NCBI GenBank assembly: GCA_964187785.1
Contig: OZ076409.1
Span: 84,756,001 to 84,820,000, forward strand
DNA length: 64,000 nucleotides
Reading direction: 5' to 3'
Source of the DNA: Amphiscolops sp. MND2022
Lineage: Eukaryota
The notes under the pieces: model-generated
Told to the model about the DNA's origin: nothing
Database searches by the model: none
What the model saw: the letters and a program-made list of their open reading frames with translations, nothing else
Shown: positions 34,392 to 46,171 of the stretch, one piece after another
Position numbering within the stretch: position 1 is the first letter of the stretch
Layout: every line of letters starts with the position of its first letter
Program-made: the position numbers and the translations under genes

Positions 34392-35533
34392 TGGTGACAG
34401 GAGCTACCGAACTCCAACAGCCGATTCCTGAATTCCTCACAGGACGAATTCACTCTCAGCCAGACCTCCAAAGACAAGAATCTACTCATGATACAACTCT
34501 GGATACAACTCTGCCAATAGCAGAGCCTGCTCCGACAGAACAGCCACAAGACCCTATCAACCGATTGGCAGATGTCCTGGTAAACCTCCAAAATAAACCA
34601 CACTCTATGACAATTAGACCAGTCACGACGAACCCCATGACCTTTGACGGCAAAACAGAGAAATTTGAATTGTTTGAAGATTTATTTCATACAATGATAA
34701 AGATGCAGCCTGCCATGACTGAACAAATGAAAATAAATCATTTTCATTCTCTGCTCAGAAAAGGAGCACTGCAAACCTTCCGAAATATAAACTCTATAAA
34801 CCGTCAAACATTGGAAGACGTACTTGTCATTTTTCGCCGCAAGTACGTTAAACCAGAGTCCCAAGCCACAGCCAAGCACAAGTGGCACAAACTCATCTTC
34901 GATCCCAACACGATGAAATTACCCGATTTTCTCGAAGAACTCAATCAGGGTGCTGAGAAAGCCTTCGGGGAGAACGCCAAGAGTATGATCGATAGCCTCT
35001 TATATGCTAAATTACCCCCAAAACTCAAAAGATCGGTGAATATGGCCCGACTGGAAAACGGAACCTACGAGGAGATTGTGGCACATTTAGAAAGAGAACT
35101 CGAATTAAACGCATTAGAAGAATCTGATGACTTGCCAATAGCTACAATGGCTTCATCGTCAGGAAAAGCACGAAATCTACTATCCAATGGCATCGACACC
35201 AACAAGAATAACCAATGCTCATACTGCAAGGCTGAAGACCACTTCTGGAAGAATTGCCCAAAACTGAAAAAGAAGAAAGAATTAGAGGCCAAGAATGGCA
35301 AGAAGCCTCAACGACAAACTTACCCAGAATGTCCCACCTGCAGCAAAACCAATCATCCAGCGGAGAAATGTTGGCGCGGTGCAGGGGCCCACCTTCGTCC
35401 AAAACGAAATAGACAGGACTTCTCAAAAGACACGGAGCCCTCAGAGGACGAAGGCAATCGTACCAAAAACGAAAAACCCACCACATCCACATCAAACCAG
35501 TCCAATTTGAAAAAGACTGATTCAAAAAACTAA
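33830..35533 (+). CDS. gag: Gag (567 aa) with two CCHC zinc knuckles; starts inside the 5' LTR
   Basis: TFDGKTEKFELFEDLF capsid-like region; CSYCKAEDHFWKNC and CPTCSKTNHPAEKC. Confidence 0.92.
   Translation: MPSTRRQKAKARKSRELDMLSDYGNMDVMLGGRSSNSIERELDSLINVPEGQRDFQSFPNRENSSQENEIRDIDSRNEPVRESRLIESINTLSGEMNARMSREMEAMMDLMQSQITRAISSAISERVIPEIQNMVENLPLGQHGVEPGTSLNEKGIRSAWENTNIRLTKKDSRSACDLRDHMDVSPYMVTGATELQQPIPEFLTGRIHSQPDLQRQESTHDTTLDTTLPIAEPAPTEQPQDPINRLADVLVNLQNKPHSMTIRPVTTNPMTFDGKTEKFELFEDLFHTMIKMQPAMTEQMKINHFHSLLRKGALQTFRNINSINRQTLEDVLVIFRRKYVKPESQATAKHKWHKLIFDPNTMKLPDFLEELNQGAEKAFGENAKSMIDSLLYAKLPPKLKRSVNMARLENGTYEEIVAHLERELELNALEESDDLPIATMASSSGKARNLLSNGIDTNKNNQCSYCKAEDHFWKNCPKLKKKKELEAKNGKKPQRQTYPECPTCSKTNHPAEKCWRGAGAHLRPKRNRQDFSKDTEPSEDEGNRTKNEKPTTSTSNQSNLKKTDSKN
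34392..34404 (+). promoter_or_regulatory. Putative primer-binding site (within gag coding sequence)
   Basis: TGGTGACAGGAGC immediately follows the LTR terminal CA; TGG complements the tRNA CCA end. Primer tRNA not identified. Confidence 0.6.
35524..35530 (+). promoter_or_regulatory. -1 ribosomal frameshift slippery heptamer A AAA AAC
   Basis: TCA AAA AAC TAA ends gag; pol is in the -1 frame and open across the site (K L I L P R L Q). Confidence 0.8.
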
Positions 35534-35535
35534 TT

Positions 35536-38500
35536 TTGCCACGACTCCAAATATGTGACCGAATGTCAATACGACAATACGTCATATCAGACCCAGCTAA
35601 TATCGTCTTCAAGCAATCACAAAAGGACATCACAGGGACCCCATCGACTGTCTGGCAGCAGCAGATGGTGGAAGCCTGTACTCAAACTCAATATATTATT
35701 CACAGTGACCACCCATACCTATATCGACGTAATAACCTTACTAAAGACTCAGAAACCCAATTCCGACCCTTACAAACTGTCGAAGACTACAACCCCCAAT
35801 ACTATGACCCCGAGTATGGCAAAGACCCGTACTGGGATGATGATTTATACGATAAACATAATTTACAATTTCGGAATGATGACTACCCGCCAACAGACGA
35901 TGAGGATGACCCTGACATTGTGGACTCCAGACTGTCCCGGGCACTTATCGAACCGTGGCAACCAAATTTTGATGCAATCAAAGATCAGCCACATGCAGAA
36001 CAGATACAGGCCACACCTGGCCTCCTCGACGAGACAGCCTTTATACATGTCCTTGTAACTAAAGAGGGAGAACCAGCGTACATACCTTTATCCACAAACC
36101 TCGGACTCAAATACAAAAAACGGATGCTATATTTCCCGATGGATTTTGGGGAACTAACTATAGACGGCCTCATAGACACTGGAGCTCACTCCAGCGCAAT
36201 TCCGGAAGCAGACCTCAGGGAAATACGCCTATTAGCGCCCCAATCCATAGTCAAAGAGGGACCTGCCCCGACATTTCAAATTATGGTCGCAAATGGACAA
36301 TTGGAAACCCCAAAGAGCACTGTTGAACTCAAGTTCGAAGTCGGAGATATTGAATTCCATGAAATATTCATAGTAATGGAAAAACTGACTGGCCCTATCA
36401 TAGGACTAATGTTCCTCCAGAGGAATCATACAGTACTGGACATGCGACAAGGCATACTCAATTTCCTATACTTCTCGATGCAACTTAAAACAGCTGACCA
36501 TAAATACTCCAACGTACTAGAACCAATACTTAATCCAGACGATATCACAATACCACCCAATGACCGTACCTCAGTAGAAATCAAATCCCAAATCTACAAT
36601 GAAAACACGGTCACAGGGGTGTTGCAACCCAGTGATTTCCTCCATGAAGAAGGCGACATCACATTCTGTGCCGCAATAGTCACATTGACTAATGGAAATG
36701 TCAACCTTCATATCAACAATTTCACAGACCAACCGTACAAGCTTAAAAGGGGACTACACATAGCAAACTTTTCCGTACTAACACCGGAACAGATGAAACA
36801 CGTCAAACCAATTGATCCGGTGTCCACATGGCATCTCCTCAATGAAAACGAAGAGGATGCGATCTATTATGTCAGTAGTCTACTCAAGGCTAATCGGAAC
36901 AATGACCAATATGAACAGTACTGGTTCCCTACCCCAGAAAACCCAGGGGACGAAGATTCCCATACTCCCATCCAACGACGAATCCTTCGAGAATTACGAA
37001 ACCTCCAAGAAGCTGAACAATTAGATCCACAGAATGATGATGAGTCACGCCGCAAATTTCTTGGCAATTTCGACTGGAAAGACTCCATGCTGCAACAACA
37101 TGAAATCAAAAAGATCGAATCGCTTTTAGTCGAATACCATGACATATTCGCACGACACAGATTTGACATCGGAATGAATGAAGAATTCACGGTCAAATTG
37201 ACCCCTAAGGACGATTCGCCCGCTTACAGCCAAAGTCTTCCAACTCCAGTCAATTTAAAAGAAGACATACTAGTTGAACTGGCCCTCCTACACAAATATG
37301 GCATAATAACTACACTGCCATTTTCAAAATACGCCAGTCCCATATTCGCACAGAAAAAGCCGAATGGGAAGCTAAGACTACTAGTCGACCTGAGGAAAAT
37401 TAATAACCTCATTTCGGATGACTACATAAACAACAATCATCCGGTTAGTACCCTAACGGACGCTGCGCAACATATGGCAGGAAAGAAGCTATTCTGTAAA
37501 CTTGATTGCTCACAGGCTTATCACTGCCTACCAATGGCGGACCAAAGGTCCGTTGAGATGCTTGCGTTCAACTTTGCAAGCCGCACCTTTGCGTATAGAC
37601 GACTTGCTCAGGGTCTTAGCAGGGCATTATCAGCATTTTCAAGTTTCATGAGGGAATATCTCGATAAAGTTATCAAAGCTGATCAATGCGCCCAATATGT
37701 CGACGACATTGGCATAGCCGCCGATGATGCGGATCACCTCATAAAAAATTTGAAAGCAACCTTTGAGTGCATTAGGCATGCTGGCCTTAAACTGACAATG
37801 CACAAATGCCACTTCGGGGCAACGGAAATCGATTTCTTGGGAAGAACAATCACTCCGGAAGGTGTCAAACCACAAAAGGAGCGAATAACAAACTTCCTCG
37901 AAAAAACCAAATTCCCCAAATCTAAAAAAGCTCTGCAAAGATACCTTGGTTTCCTCAATTATTACAGGAACTACATCCCAAGATTATCTGAAAAATTAGC
38001 CCCGTTTTTCCAACTTCTCAAAAAAGACGAAAAGGTCCTGGTGACTACAGAACTAATACAACAGTTCAACGAAATCAATCGGGACCTCGACAAATGTAGC
38101 CAATTGGCCCTGAAGCAGCCTTTGCCAAACAAGCAACTGGTCCTGATGACCGACGCTAGTTTCACAGCGGCCGGCTACGCCATACTTACCGAGGACGACC
38201 CAAACCAGAAATATTCATCTGTCAAAAAATCGTACGCTCCAATTGCATATGGTTCAAAAACTTTTACGCCATCGCAACTCAAAATGTCCATATATGCCAA
38301 GGAATTCTTAGCGATTTACTACGCATTTAAAGAATTTGGACATATTTTCTGGGGAGCCTCTAAACCGATTACTATCCTAACGGACAACAAATCGGTCACG
38401 AGATTCTTCCAGACGAAGATAATCCCTCCAACACTCTGGAATGCATGTGACTATGTAATACAATTCAATTTTGTCATAGCACATATACCAGGGAAAAACA

Positions 38501-40773
38501 ACACAGCCGCCGACTACTTATCTCGCATGGAAATGGACCCCAGAGAGAAACTAGTCCTTAAAATCCGCGAAGACATAGAGACTAAGCCCATCGAGGTCAA
38601 TGTCCAATCGGCAGGCGTTGCTGAAGAGGAACAGGTTTTCTTCACGGAGCAAGATGATGAGACAGAAGCTCAAATTTGGGAGCGTAAAAAACAAAGCCGA
38701 ACCAACCCAATCGACCAAGAAGGCGTTATTCAAATTGACGCAATATCTGAAAACATAGTAGATGAGATTACAAATTTCACCCAAAAAATGCGCAGAACGA
38801 ACCAAATTTTACTTGAACAATCCAAAGACCCTATACTGCGCCAACTCAAAGCCAAAATTCAGAACGAAGACTATTCTGAAGAAATACTCCAACAAGATAT
38901 ACGATACAAACACTACCTTAATAACTTGGACCGAATAGTCCTTAAAGACGAAATAGTCACACGACAATATTATGATGAAACTGGACAAGTCAAGTATCAC
39001 CAAGTTCTCTTACCAAAACACCTTTTGACAGAATTGTTACTGGCATTACACGGAACGGCGCACAAACACCCGGGTATATCGAAAATGTTACAAGAAATAC
39101 GTCAGAAATACTATTACCCAGGTATAGCAAAACACGTCAAAAAATGGGTAGAGGGATGTGAAACTTGTGCAAGGGACAAACGTGTTCCAAACAACACAAT
39201 CACCCCTGAGTTGCTCAACTTGCCCGAATGGGACCTCGGGCCGGAGGACGCAATGCAAATTGATTTATTACCAAATCTACCTACAAGTGGAGGCTACCAA
39301 ACCGTGATGACAGCGATAGATGTTTTCTCAAGATACCTGTTTGCCTACCCATTAGTAGAAGCTACCGCTTCAAACACAGCAAAGGTTCTGATTGATATCA
39401 TGACAAAACATACATTTCTGCCGACAACAATCATCACTGACAAAGGAACCGCTTTCACGTCAAAAATTATCGCAGAAATAACTGAAATTCTCGGAATTAC
39501 ACTAAGATGTGCAACGACTAAACACCCGCAAACAATCGGCAAACTAGAGAGGACACACGCATCTTTAAAGACTAATTTGAAGATGGCCTCAGGGGAATAC
39601 CGCCGGCAATGGCATAAATACCTACCACTGGCAGTACTCAATTACAATACCACCTACCACTCCAGTATTGGTTGTGAGCCAAGTAAGGTCTTCCACGGAC
39701 GGATCCCCTACAACGTCCTAGATCATAAACTTGGAAATAATCCTAATAAAGATTTCTTGCCCACTACGGAATTTGCGGAAGAATTACAACAGAGAACACA
39801 AATTCTCATTGACAAAACGAAGCAAAATATCATGCAGTCATACTTGAAATACAAGGAATACTATGACCGGAAGGCCAAGGCAGCTCCCCTTAGTGAACAA
39901 GATTTTTGCTTTATTCTGCAACCCAAAGCAGATAATCAAGGATCGAAAATTCCATTTAGGGAATATCGCTGGATCGGTCCTTATCGGATTGAAAAGGTAT
40001 TGCCTAACGACAATTACATTGTCCGCCGGTTAAATACGAATAAAACGCAAATATTACACCGAATTCGCCTGAAAAAATTTGTTCCAAACACGCCCTTAGA
40101 GGACAAATATGCCAAAGAGAAATTGCAACCAGATGATGAAATAATCATACCACAAGATGATTTATACACCATCTCATGGGAAGCAGACTTTGATTACCAC
40201 GTCTTCGAGCCGAGACGAGACGACAAAACGAACGAAGAATTACGAACACCAGACAGCGATGCTGATGTCACGACGAGTGATTACATCATTTATGACAACG
40301 CTGATGACAACACGGTAAGGCCGGGGACGGCCACCAGCCGAGACAGCACAATCACACGAGACGCAAATGACGTCACCGAACTGAAGGAACGAACCAAAAA
40401 GAATGAAAATGAAGCGGGACCGAGTACGGCTGCTAGCCGAGACGCACCTATAATGCATGACGAACATGACGTTAGCGAGAATGCTGCGCGAAGCGAACAA
40501 AGCAGCGAAATAGAAAGGCCGAGAACGGCCACTAGCCGAAATAGCCACAATGGTGGTAATACACCACCTAGTTCAGAAAAGAACGTGAATGACGTCACAA
40601 ATGAATTAGAAGGCGAGAAAAACTCTCCTAACGAGGGGGATGATATTACCGTGCCCGGAATATCGAATGAAAAAGCAAATGAAAAAACTGATGAAAACTA
40701 TAGCCCTAGAGGGGGGAAATACAATCTTCGACCTAACCCCAACCCCAACTATACTGATGAATACAGATACTAG
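35536..40773 (+). CDS. pol: Pol polyprotein: protease, dUTPase-like insert, reverse transcriptase, RNase H, integrase
   Basis: LIDTGA (PR); LRLLVDLRKIN, KLDCSQAY and QYVDD (RT); LMTDAS and TDNK (RH); H..HKHPG...CETC zinc finger and IDLL/ITDKG/LERTH DDE (IN). Confidence 0.97.
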   Translation: MPRLQICDRMSIRQYVISDPANIVFKQSQKDITGTPSTVWQQQMVEACTQTQYIIHSDHPYLYRRNNLTKDSETQFRPLQTVEDYNPQYYDPEYGKDPYWDDDLYDKHNLQFRNDDYPPTDDEDDPDIVDSRLSRALIEPWQPNFDAIKDQPHAEQIQATPGLLDETAFIHVLVTKEGEPAYIPLSTNLGLKYKKRMLYFPMDFGELTIDGLIDTGAHSSAIPEADLREIRLLAPQSIVKEGPAPTFQIMVANGQLETPKSTVELKFEVGDIEFHEIFIVMEKLTGPIIGLMFLQRNHTVLDMRQGILNFLYFSMQLKTADHKYSNVLEPILNPDDITIPPNDRTSVEIKSQIYNENTVTGVLQPSDFLHEEGDITFCAAIVTLTNGNVNLHINNFTDQPYKLKRGLHIANFSVLTPEQMKHVKPIDPVSTWHLLNENEEDAIYYVSSLLKANRNNDQYEQYWFPTPENPGDEDSHTPIQRRILRELRNLQEAEQLDPQNDDESRRKFLGNFDWKDSMLQQHEIKKIESLLVEYHDIFARHRFDIGMNEEFTVKLTPKDDSPAYSQSLPTPVNLKEDILVELALLHKYGIITTLPFSKYASPIFAQKKPNGKLRLLVDLRKINNLISDDYINNNHPVSTLTDAAQHMAGKKLFCKLDCSQAYHCLPMADQRSVEMLAFNFASRTFAYRRLAQGLSRALSAFSSFMREYLDKVIKADQCAQYVDDIGIAADDADHLIKNLKATFECIRHAGLKLTMHKCHFGATEIDFLGRTITPEGVKPQKERITNFLEKTKFPKSKKALQRYLGFLNYYRNYIPRLSEKLAPFFQLLKKDEKVLVTTELIQQFNEINRDLDKCSQLALKQPLPNKQLVLMTDASFTAAGYAILTEDDPNQKYSSVKKSYAPIAYGSKTFTPSQLKMSIYAKEFLAIYYAFKEFGHIFWGASKPITILTDNKSVTRFFQTKIIPPTLWNACDYVIQFNFVIAHIPGKNNTAADYLSRMEMDPREKLVLKIREDIETKPIEVNVQSAGVAEEEQVFFTEQDDETEAQIWERKKQSRTNPIDQEGVIQIDAISENIVDEITNFTQKMRRTNQILLEQSKDPILRQLKAKIQNEDYSEEILQQDIRYKHYLNNLDRIVLKDEIVTRQYYDETGQVKYHQVLLPKHLLTELLLALHGTAHKHPGISKMLQEIRQKYYYPGIAKHVKKWVEGCETCARDKRVPNNTITPELLNLPEWDLGPEDAMQIDLLPNLPTSGGYQTVMTAIDVFSRYLFAYPLVEATASNTAKVLIDIMTKHTFLPTTIITDKGTAFTSKIIAEITEILGITLRCATTKHPQTIGKLERTHASLKTNLKMASGEYRRQWHKYLPLAVLNYNTTYHSSIGCEPSKVFHGRIPYNVLDHKLGNNPNKDFLPTTEFAEELQQRTQILIDKTKQNIMQSYLKYKEYYDRKAKAAPLSEQDFCFILQPKADNQGSKIPFREYRWIGPYRIEKVLPNDNYIVRRLNTNKTQILHRIRLKKFVPNTPLEDKYAKEKLQPDDEIIIPQDDLYTISWEADFDYHVFEPRRDDKTNEELRTPDSDADVTTSDYIIYDNADDNTVRPGTATSRDSTITRDANDVTELKERTKKNENEAGPSTAASRDAPIMHDEHDVSENAARSEQSSEIERPRTATSRNSHNGGNTPPSSEKNVNDVTNELEGEKNSPNEGDDITVPGISNEKANEKTDENYSPRGGKYNLRPNPNPNYTDEYRY

Positions 40774-40958
40774 TCAGAAATGTTAAATTATGTCCCTATT
40801 TATTTTACTGCCTGAGATGGCATGTTTTTATTGGGACTACTCTGACTTCTTCAACTCAAAAGAAACTGACTATATATATATATAAATACTGAAACAAGAA
40901 ACAGAACTAAAATTTACAAATGGCAAAGTCTAGAATAACAAATGTACTCTATGTACAT

Positions 40959-43900
40959 TTAGTCTTTAGATGAACCTTGACGAAGCTCCTTCACTGTCTT
41001 GGAAACTTCGCTAGCAGGAATATCACCGAAATAGGCCAATTCGTGGGCCCTACCGGCAGTCCAATTAATTTTGCGGACAGCGGAACTGGAAACAGAAGAC
41101 CAGCGAGATGCACTGGTAAATCCAACGGCTTGAACTCCTTTCAAATTTTTGTATGCTGTAGTCAAAGTTTTCAAGAAATTTACACGACCAAAGACGTCCA
41201 CATGAGACCAAGGATCTCCGGGAAACTGACATGAGTTAAACTGGGCAGACAATTCTTTGTATGCATTCAAGGCAGACTCAGTAGTACAAACGGCTATCGC
41301 ATCAGGACAGTTGGCCAAATAAGACTGTGCGGGCAAAATCACAGCAGAAAGACGACAATTGGAACTGGATGTATCAACATCCTGAAACTTGATGGCTGGA
41401 AGGTCATGATGGTCCTCAGTGATACAGAGACAACAGAGTCGAAATAAATAAAAGAGCCTTGAACGACTCTGGAAAGCTGGCATTGGCATGAGGAAGTCGA
41501 GCATATCCGGGATTGTGCTGGGGGAGTTCTTCATTGACGAATAAGCACTACGAAGGTAGTCCACAAACTCAAAATACTCGTCTCGGCACTCGCTCTTGGA
41601 AGCCTCGTCTACCCAGCCCCGAACTCGGAAACTGTCGTATAGAGAATCGAAGCAGAAAGTGACCTGGTCGAATGGCAAAGAAAGCAACACATGTGGGTCG
41701 AAACAACCCATCCCGTGCACAATGTTAGCAGTGAAGTGGACGTTGCGCAACAAAGACTCCAATAAGGACACGACGTAATTACGGGCCTCGACTCCAAAGT
41801 TTTCCCTCTCCTTCGCGATGAGTTCATCAAGACTCGGCTGACCCGGCTTCTTGTCATCTTGGTGTCGCTTTATCTTGGCTCGACAGGCATGGTCCAGGTC
41901 AACCGTCAACTTCAGCCGGCTCAGGAAATCACGACTGGACAGCTGTTTCAAGTCGTCGGGGCACAGTTGTAGGAGCTTGGTCCATTCGACGTCATCAGGA
42001 GTACACTTTGGGAGAATTGCCCTGTGACACAAACGACGAATGAAACGGCAATACTGTCCGTAAACAAACAAAGTCGCATCACGCCGTCCAGACAGGCTCC
42101 GTTCAAAGCACTTGATATCTAAACAGAATACTGATTCAAAACTACGAAAACAAGAAACTTTATTGAAATCGTGCTAAATATGGCTCAAAGGCCGGAAATG
42201 GCGATTGGAAAAGGATAGAAATTAGAACTAGACAAATATAGAAAAGAACTAACAATCTCGGACCAAACAGGAGAAGAACTCGAGCTTGACGGTAAAGAAG
42301 TCGTCCTGGATTATCACCCACTCTAGACTCTGTGCCTGAAAAAGGAAATCGCACTTTCAAAAGAGTAAGACATGATTTATGCTAGCCCAAGATAAACTGA
42401 AAGCCCGGAACCACCCCAGCACCAAAACGGAATGAGAAATAAGGACATACGAACTTTGTTCTTCACTCCTTGCAAGACTTGTGTTGGGGCCGTCTTCGTC
42501 ATAAAGTCAAGGATGGCTTTCCAGTGCTTGATTAGTTCGGAACACAGAGCCGGGACCTTCTTTAACTGCACATCACACGCAGCTGAGGCCTACAAAGTAG
42601 AAGATCAAATAACATTGAAAGACCCAAATTACGTCTGTGACGAAGAAAAGGCCGACTACAAAGCTACGAAACAAGGAGCAAAATAATGGAACATAAAACA
42701 AACCTTGCAAAGCTCAGGACACTGGAGGGTCCAAGGCTGGCTCTGACATCCACGTAAGAAGACAACCAGATATTTAAGCTGCGAAAACATGTCGATTCGG
42801 CCAAAGACATGTTTGGTCTGGAGGACATTCGGGTGCATCAGTTCTGGCAGAGAGATGACCTCAAAGCGGAATGGATATTGAATTCCATTTTTGAAAAGGC
42901 CACTGGTCTCTAGGGCACGAAAGACCATGGAGGAGCACCCGGAGACGCTGACCAAACTGGGTTTAGAGGAGATAAAGGACAGCATGTGGGAGATGGCAGT
43001 CAAATAACAATCAGGATAAGCCTCTCCTTGATGGTGACGATAAAGCTCAACCCTAGCAAGCAGGTCATTCTTCCAAAACCGGATTGACAGACAGCGGTAG
43101 GCACCCTGGGTAGTGAATTCGATGGAGTATAACCCACTAGCGACAACATGCCCAGAAATGTCGGAAAATCCTCGCATGAAGATGTGGTGAAAGACGTTCT
43201 GAAACAAAAAGGAAAATAGATTCAGATCAGACGGTTAGAGTCGATTAACAAACCACTATTAAGACAACTAGAAATGAAATACTTACAGTGAGCGTAGCGG
43301 ACCCCCAGTCGAAAGACGAGAACAAGGCCTGATGGTTGGTGAATTGCCCAACTTTCGTCCAGAGACTTTGTAGGAGTGAGATATTCCCGTCCTTGGGGAC
43401 AAAGGTGCCGATTAAGGAAATTAGGGTGCTAATCCTCAAGTCATCAGGGTCAGTGATGCCTCCTATACTGGCCATGTACTCTTCGAAAAATGGAAACCGA
43501 TCACCCGCTTCGACTAAAGGGACGTCAATGAATAACGGCTTCTCCTTTTCTAATTCGACGGGAGTGAGCACCCAGCCGTCTCTACCTCTGACTTGGTGAG
43601 TGACGTTCCCAGTGACTTCATCAGTTTCTTGCAGGTGTACGTATCGCCATTTTTGGTCCTTTCTTAAATGGCCTCTTGTCCTGTAGTGTCGCAGAATCCC
43701 CCTGGCGCCTTTGGAATAGATGGATACGTTTGTTTTGCACAACATGCAATAAAATTTAAACTTGTTGTGGACCGGGTCAAGAGGTCCAGACACGAACGTC
43801 CTAGTCCACTGGATGCCTTTGAAGTAAGCATCCTTCATGACCTTTCCTGGCTTACTCAGCATTTTCCTTCTTTTTCGTGCTGGGCTAGGGGAATCAAGGT

Positions 43901-45059
43901 CAGGTACTCGCGGCCGCTTGAGGACAGATAATGGTTGGTGGTCCGTGCTACTATATCCACTTCCAGAAGTTGGCGTAGTAACCTCTGCGCGGGACGTACT
44001 GGGTTCAGGTTCAAGAGGAGTCTGAGGTAGTTTTGCTGCTGGACCGGCCTCACTTACTTCATCGACACCAGAAACAGAACCTATCTGGTATGGATCCTCG
44101 TCTGAGTTGAACGCTCCACTCGTGTAGTCATCCGTGGTGTTCCCTCCAAAACTACTTTCGTCGCCTGAACTACCAGAAGGTCGACGAGCGGGAGTAGGGC
44201 AGCGGCGTGGCATACTCCTTTTCTTGTCCTGCGGAGCCCCCCGAGTGGCATGCAGCAGAAGGGACTTCATCATGTGATAAGAAGATATCACAGACTCATC
44301 GGCAAATGTACGAAGAATAGTATGGACTTGGTCCTCGTTAAAGGCAATGGTGGTATGACCAGCCGGCAATTGGACAGGTGTGGCAGCTGTGAAGTATTTT
44401 CTGATCACTGATCTCCCTTTGACCGACAACTGTCTATCAGTGGTGGCAACTCTTGCTCGGTACTGTTCCTGCTCTGTGTCGCTGTGGCCAGACTCGGTCC
44501 GAAAATCTCCCTCAAATTCAGGGAAAGCAGAGGAATCCCAGGCCAAGGTAGCCGAAACGGGAGGAAAAGCATCCACACCGGAACTATCTAACAGTTCCTC
44601 AGCTTCACTAGTTTCTCCATAAAGAGGAACAGCCCCAGATTGAGAGGTCAACTCGGGCTCAATGACAAGGTCCGTTGCCTCCTCATTCGAATCTTGATTG
44701 ACGACGATTGGATCAGAGACAGAAACTTTCAAAAGTCCAGGACAGATTGTGGACGTGACCGCGACGGGACTAGGTGCCGGAAGGTCACTAACTTCAAACT
44801 CGCGCGTTGGGAATTCCATGCAAGTGGCAATTCTTTCAATGAAGGCAGAAACACTTTCCTCTGTTGACGGGCTGGATACGGACGTTTGAGACAGAGGCCG
44901 AACGGGGTCAACTTGTGCTGTGTTACTTTGCTGCTCTGCTTCGATAGACCCATTCCCATCACCACCGGGAACAGTGGATTTTGGTACTTCCTTCTCAGAA
45001 GACATGTCTAAACAGAAGGATATAAAGTTTTGCGGACAACTTCCTGAATATGAGTCCAT
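40959..45059 (-). CDS. Antisense 4-exon accessory gene (~1,190 aa) with BED-type zinc finger, possibly derived from a hAT-like transposase
   Basis: Exons 45059-43287, 43198-42704, 42589-42451 and 42118-40959 join in frame through GT-AG introns (phases 0, 0, 1). FYCMLCKTNVSI...ILRHYRTRGH is a CCHH BED-like finger. The start could be 45005. Confidence 0.75.
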
Positions 45060-46171
45060 GAAAACCGCAATTGAAATCTTCCGGAAGTGAAAAGAAAATA
45101 TTCCAAACGCTAAACTTGCTTAAGAAAAATGGACAGGAAGTCGATGAACGAGAGGAAGAGTCCTGATCAAGCTCATTTCCGTTCAAAATTAAAAGACCAA
45201 ATAGCTCACCTGCGGATGATGGACGTAAGAGGATTGAAAGCAGATGTTCACAAATGCAGAAGTTTGTGTTGTACCAGTATGTTCGGGACAGAGATGTTAG
45301 ACTGCCGTGACCAACTGAACTGCGGGTAAGGAACTGAGGGAACTGGATCTGGGGAGATTCCACGGAGTAAATTGACGACAAAGGCGTCGGGGAAATTGAG
45401 TAAAAAGAAACGAAATAGAAATAAAATTGTTCGCTGATGAACTGAATTAAAATAACGAATACTAATGGACTGACTAAACACTAAGTAAACGATGGTTAAA
45501 ATTTGAATAGATAAAGTAACAATTGAAAGAGTGGATGATTGCTATTGCTGAAGAATTTGGAGTTCGTGGCAAACTGGATTTGATGTCAAATGTTTTCACA
45601 ATTATGAAGATTATTTCGTGGATGGAATCTGCCAGAGAAATCCACACTATTTATATTTCGAAACATGCATTTCCATTATTTTGTTATTTCGATTATTTTA
45701 TTATTATAGTTATTTTATTATTTCCTTATATGGAAGATTATTAAAAGTTACGCCATCTTGAATAGGATGCTCGAAGCTGAAATCCTATTGGTCGCTTGGG
45801 ACGCATCGACGAGCGGGGCCTTCAGCTGAAGTTACAACTCCTTGAAGTTTTCAAGTGGCGATCAAGAGGAGGTAAACACTAGAAGAAGTCCTTGAAGGTC
45901 CTTTGCCGACTTAGGCCAACTGAAGTTGATCGACGGTTAACAAAGCGGGAGACGGTCGATATCAAAGAATGTTTTGGAAAGTTTCATCAGTGAAGCGTTA
46001 TGCGGGAAATGAAAGACCGGGAAATTGTGAGGCAGAAACTATCGAGAAATTGGGATATGAAAATCGCCATTTGTCTCTTAGCTTTCAAACGGAACAGTTA
46101 CCCTACTCTGATTAAATCAAATTCATTCTGCCGCATTCAAAATTGCAAAAAAGATAATAAAAGATAGATTC

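Noticed and set aside
44995..45744. Several short ORFs between the antisense gene and ORF 46172
   Set aside because: No recognisable motifs; could be untranslated leader, promoter or a small upstream exon, which I cannot support from sequence alone.
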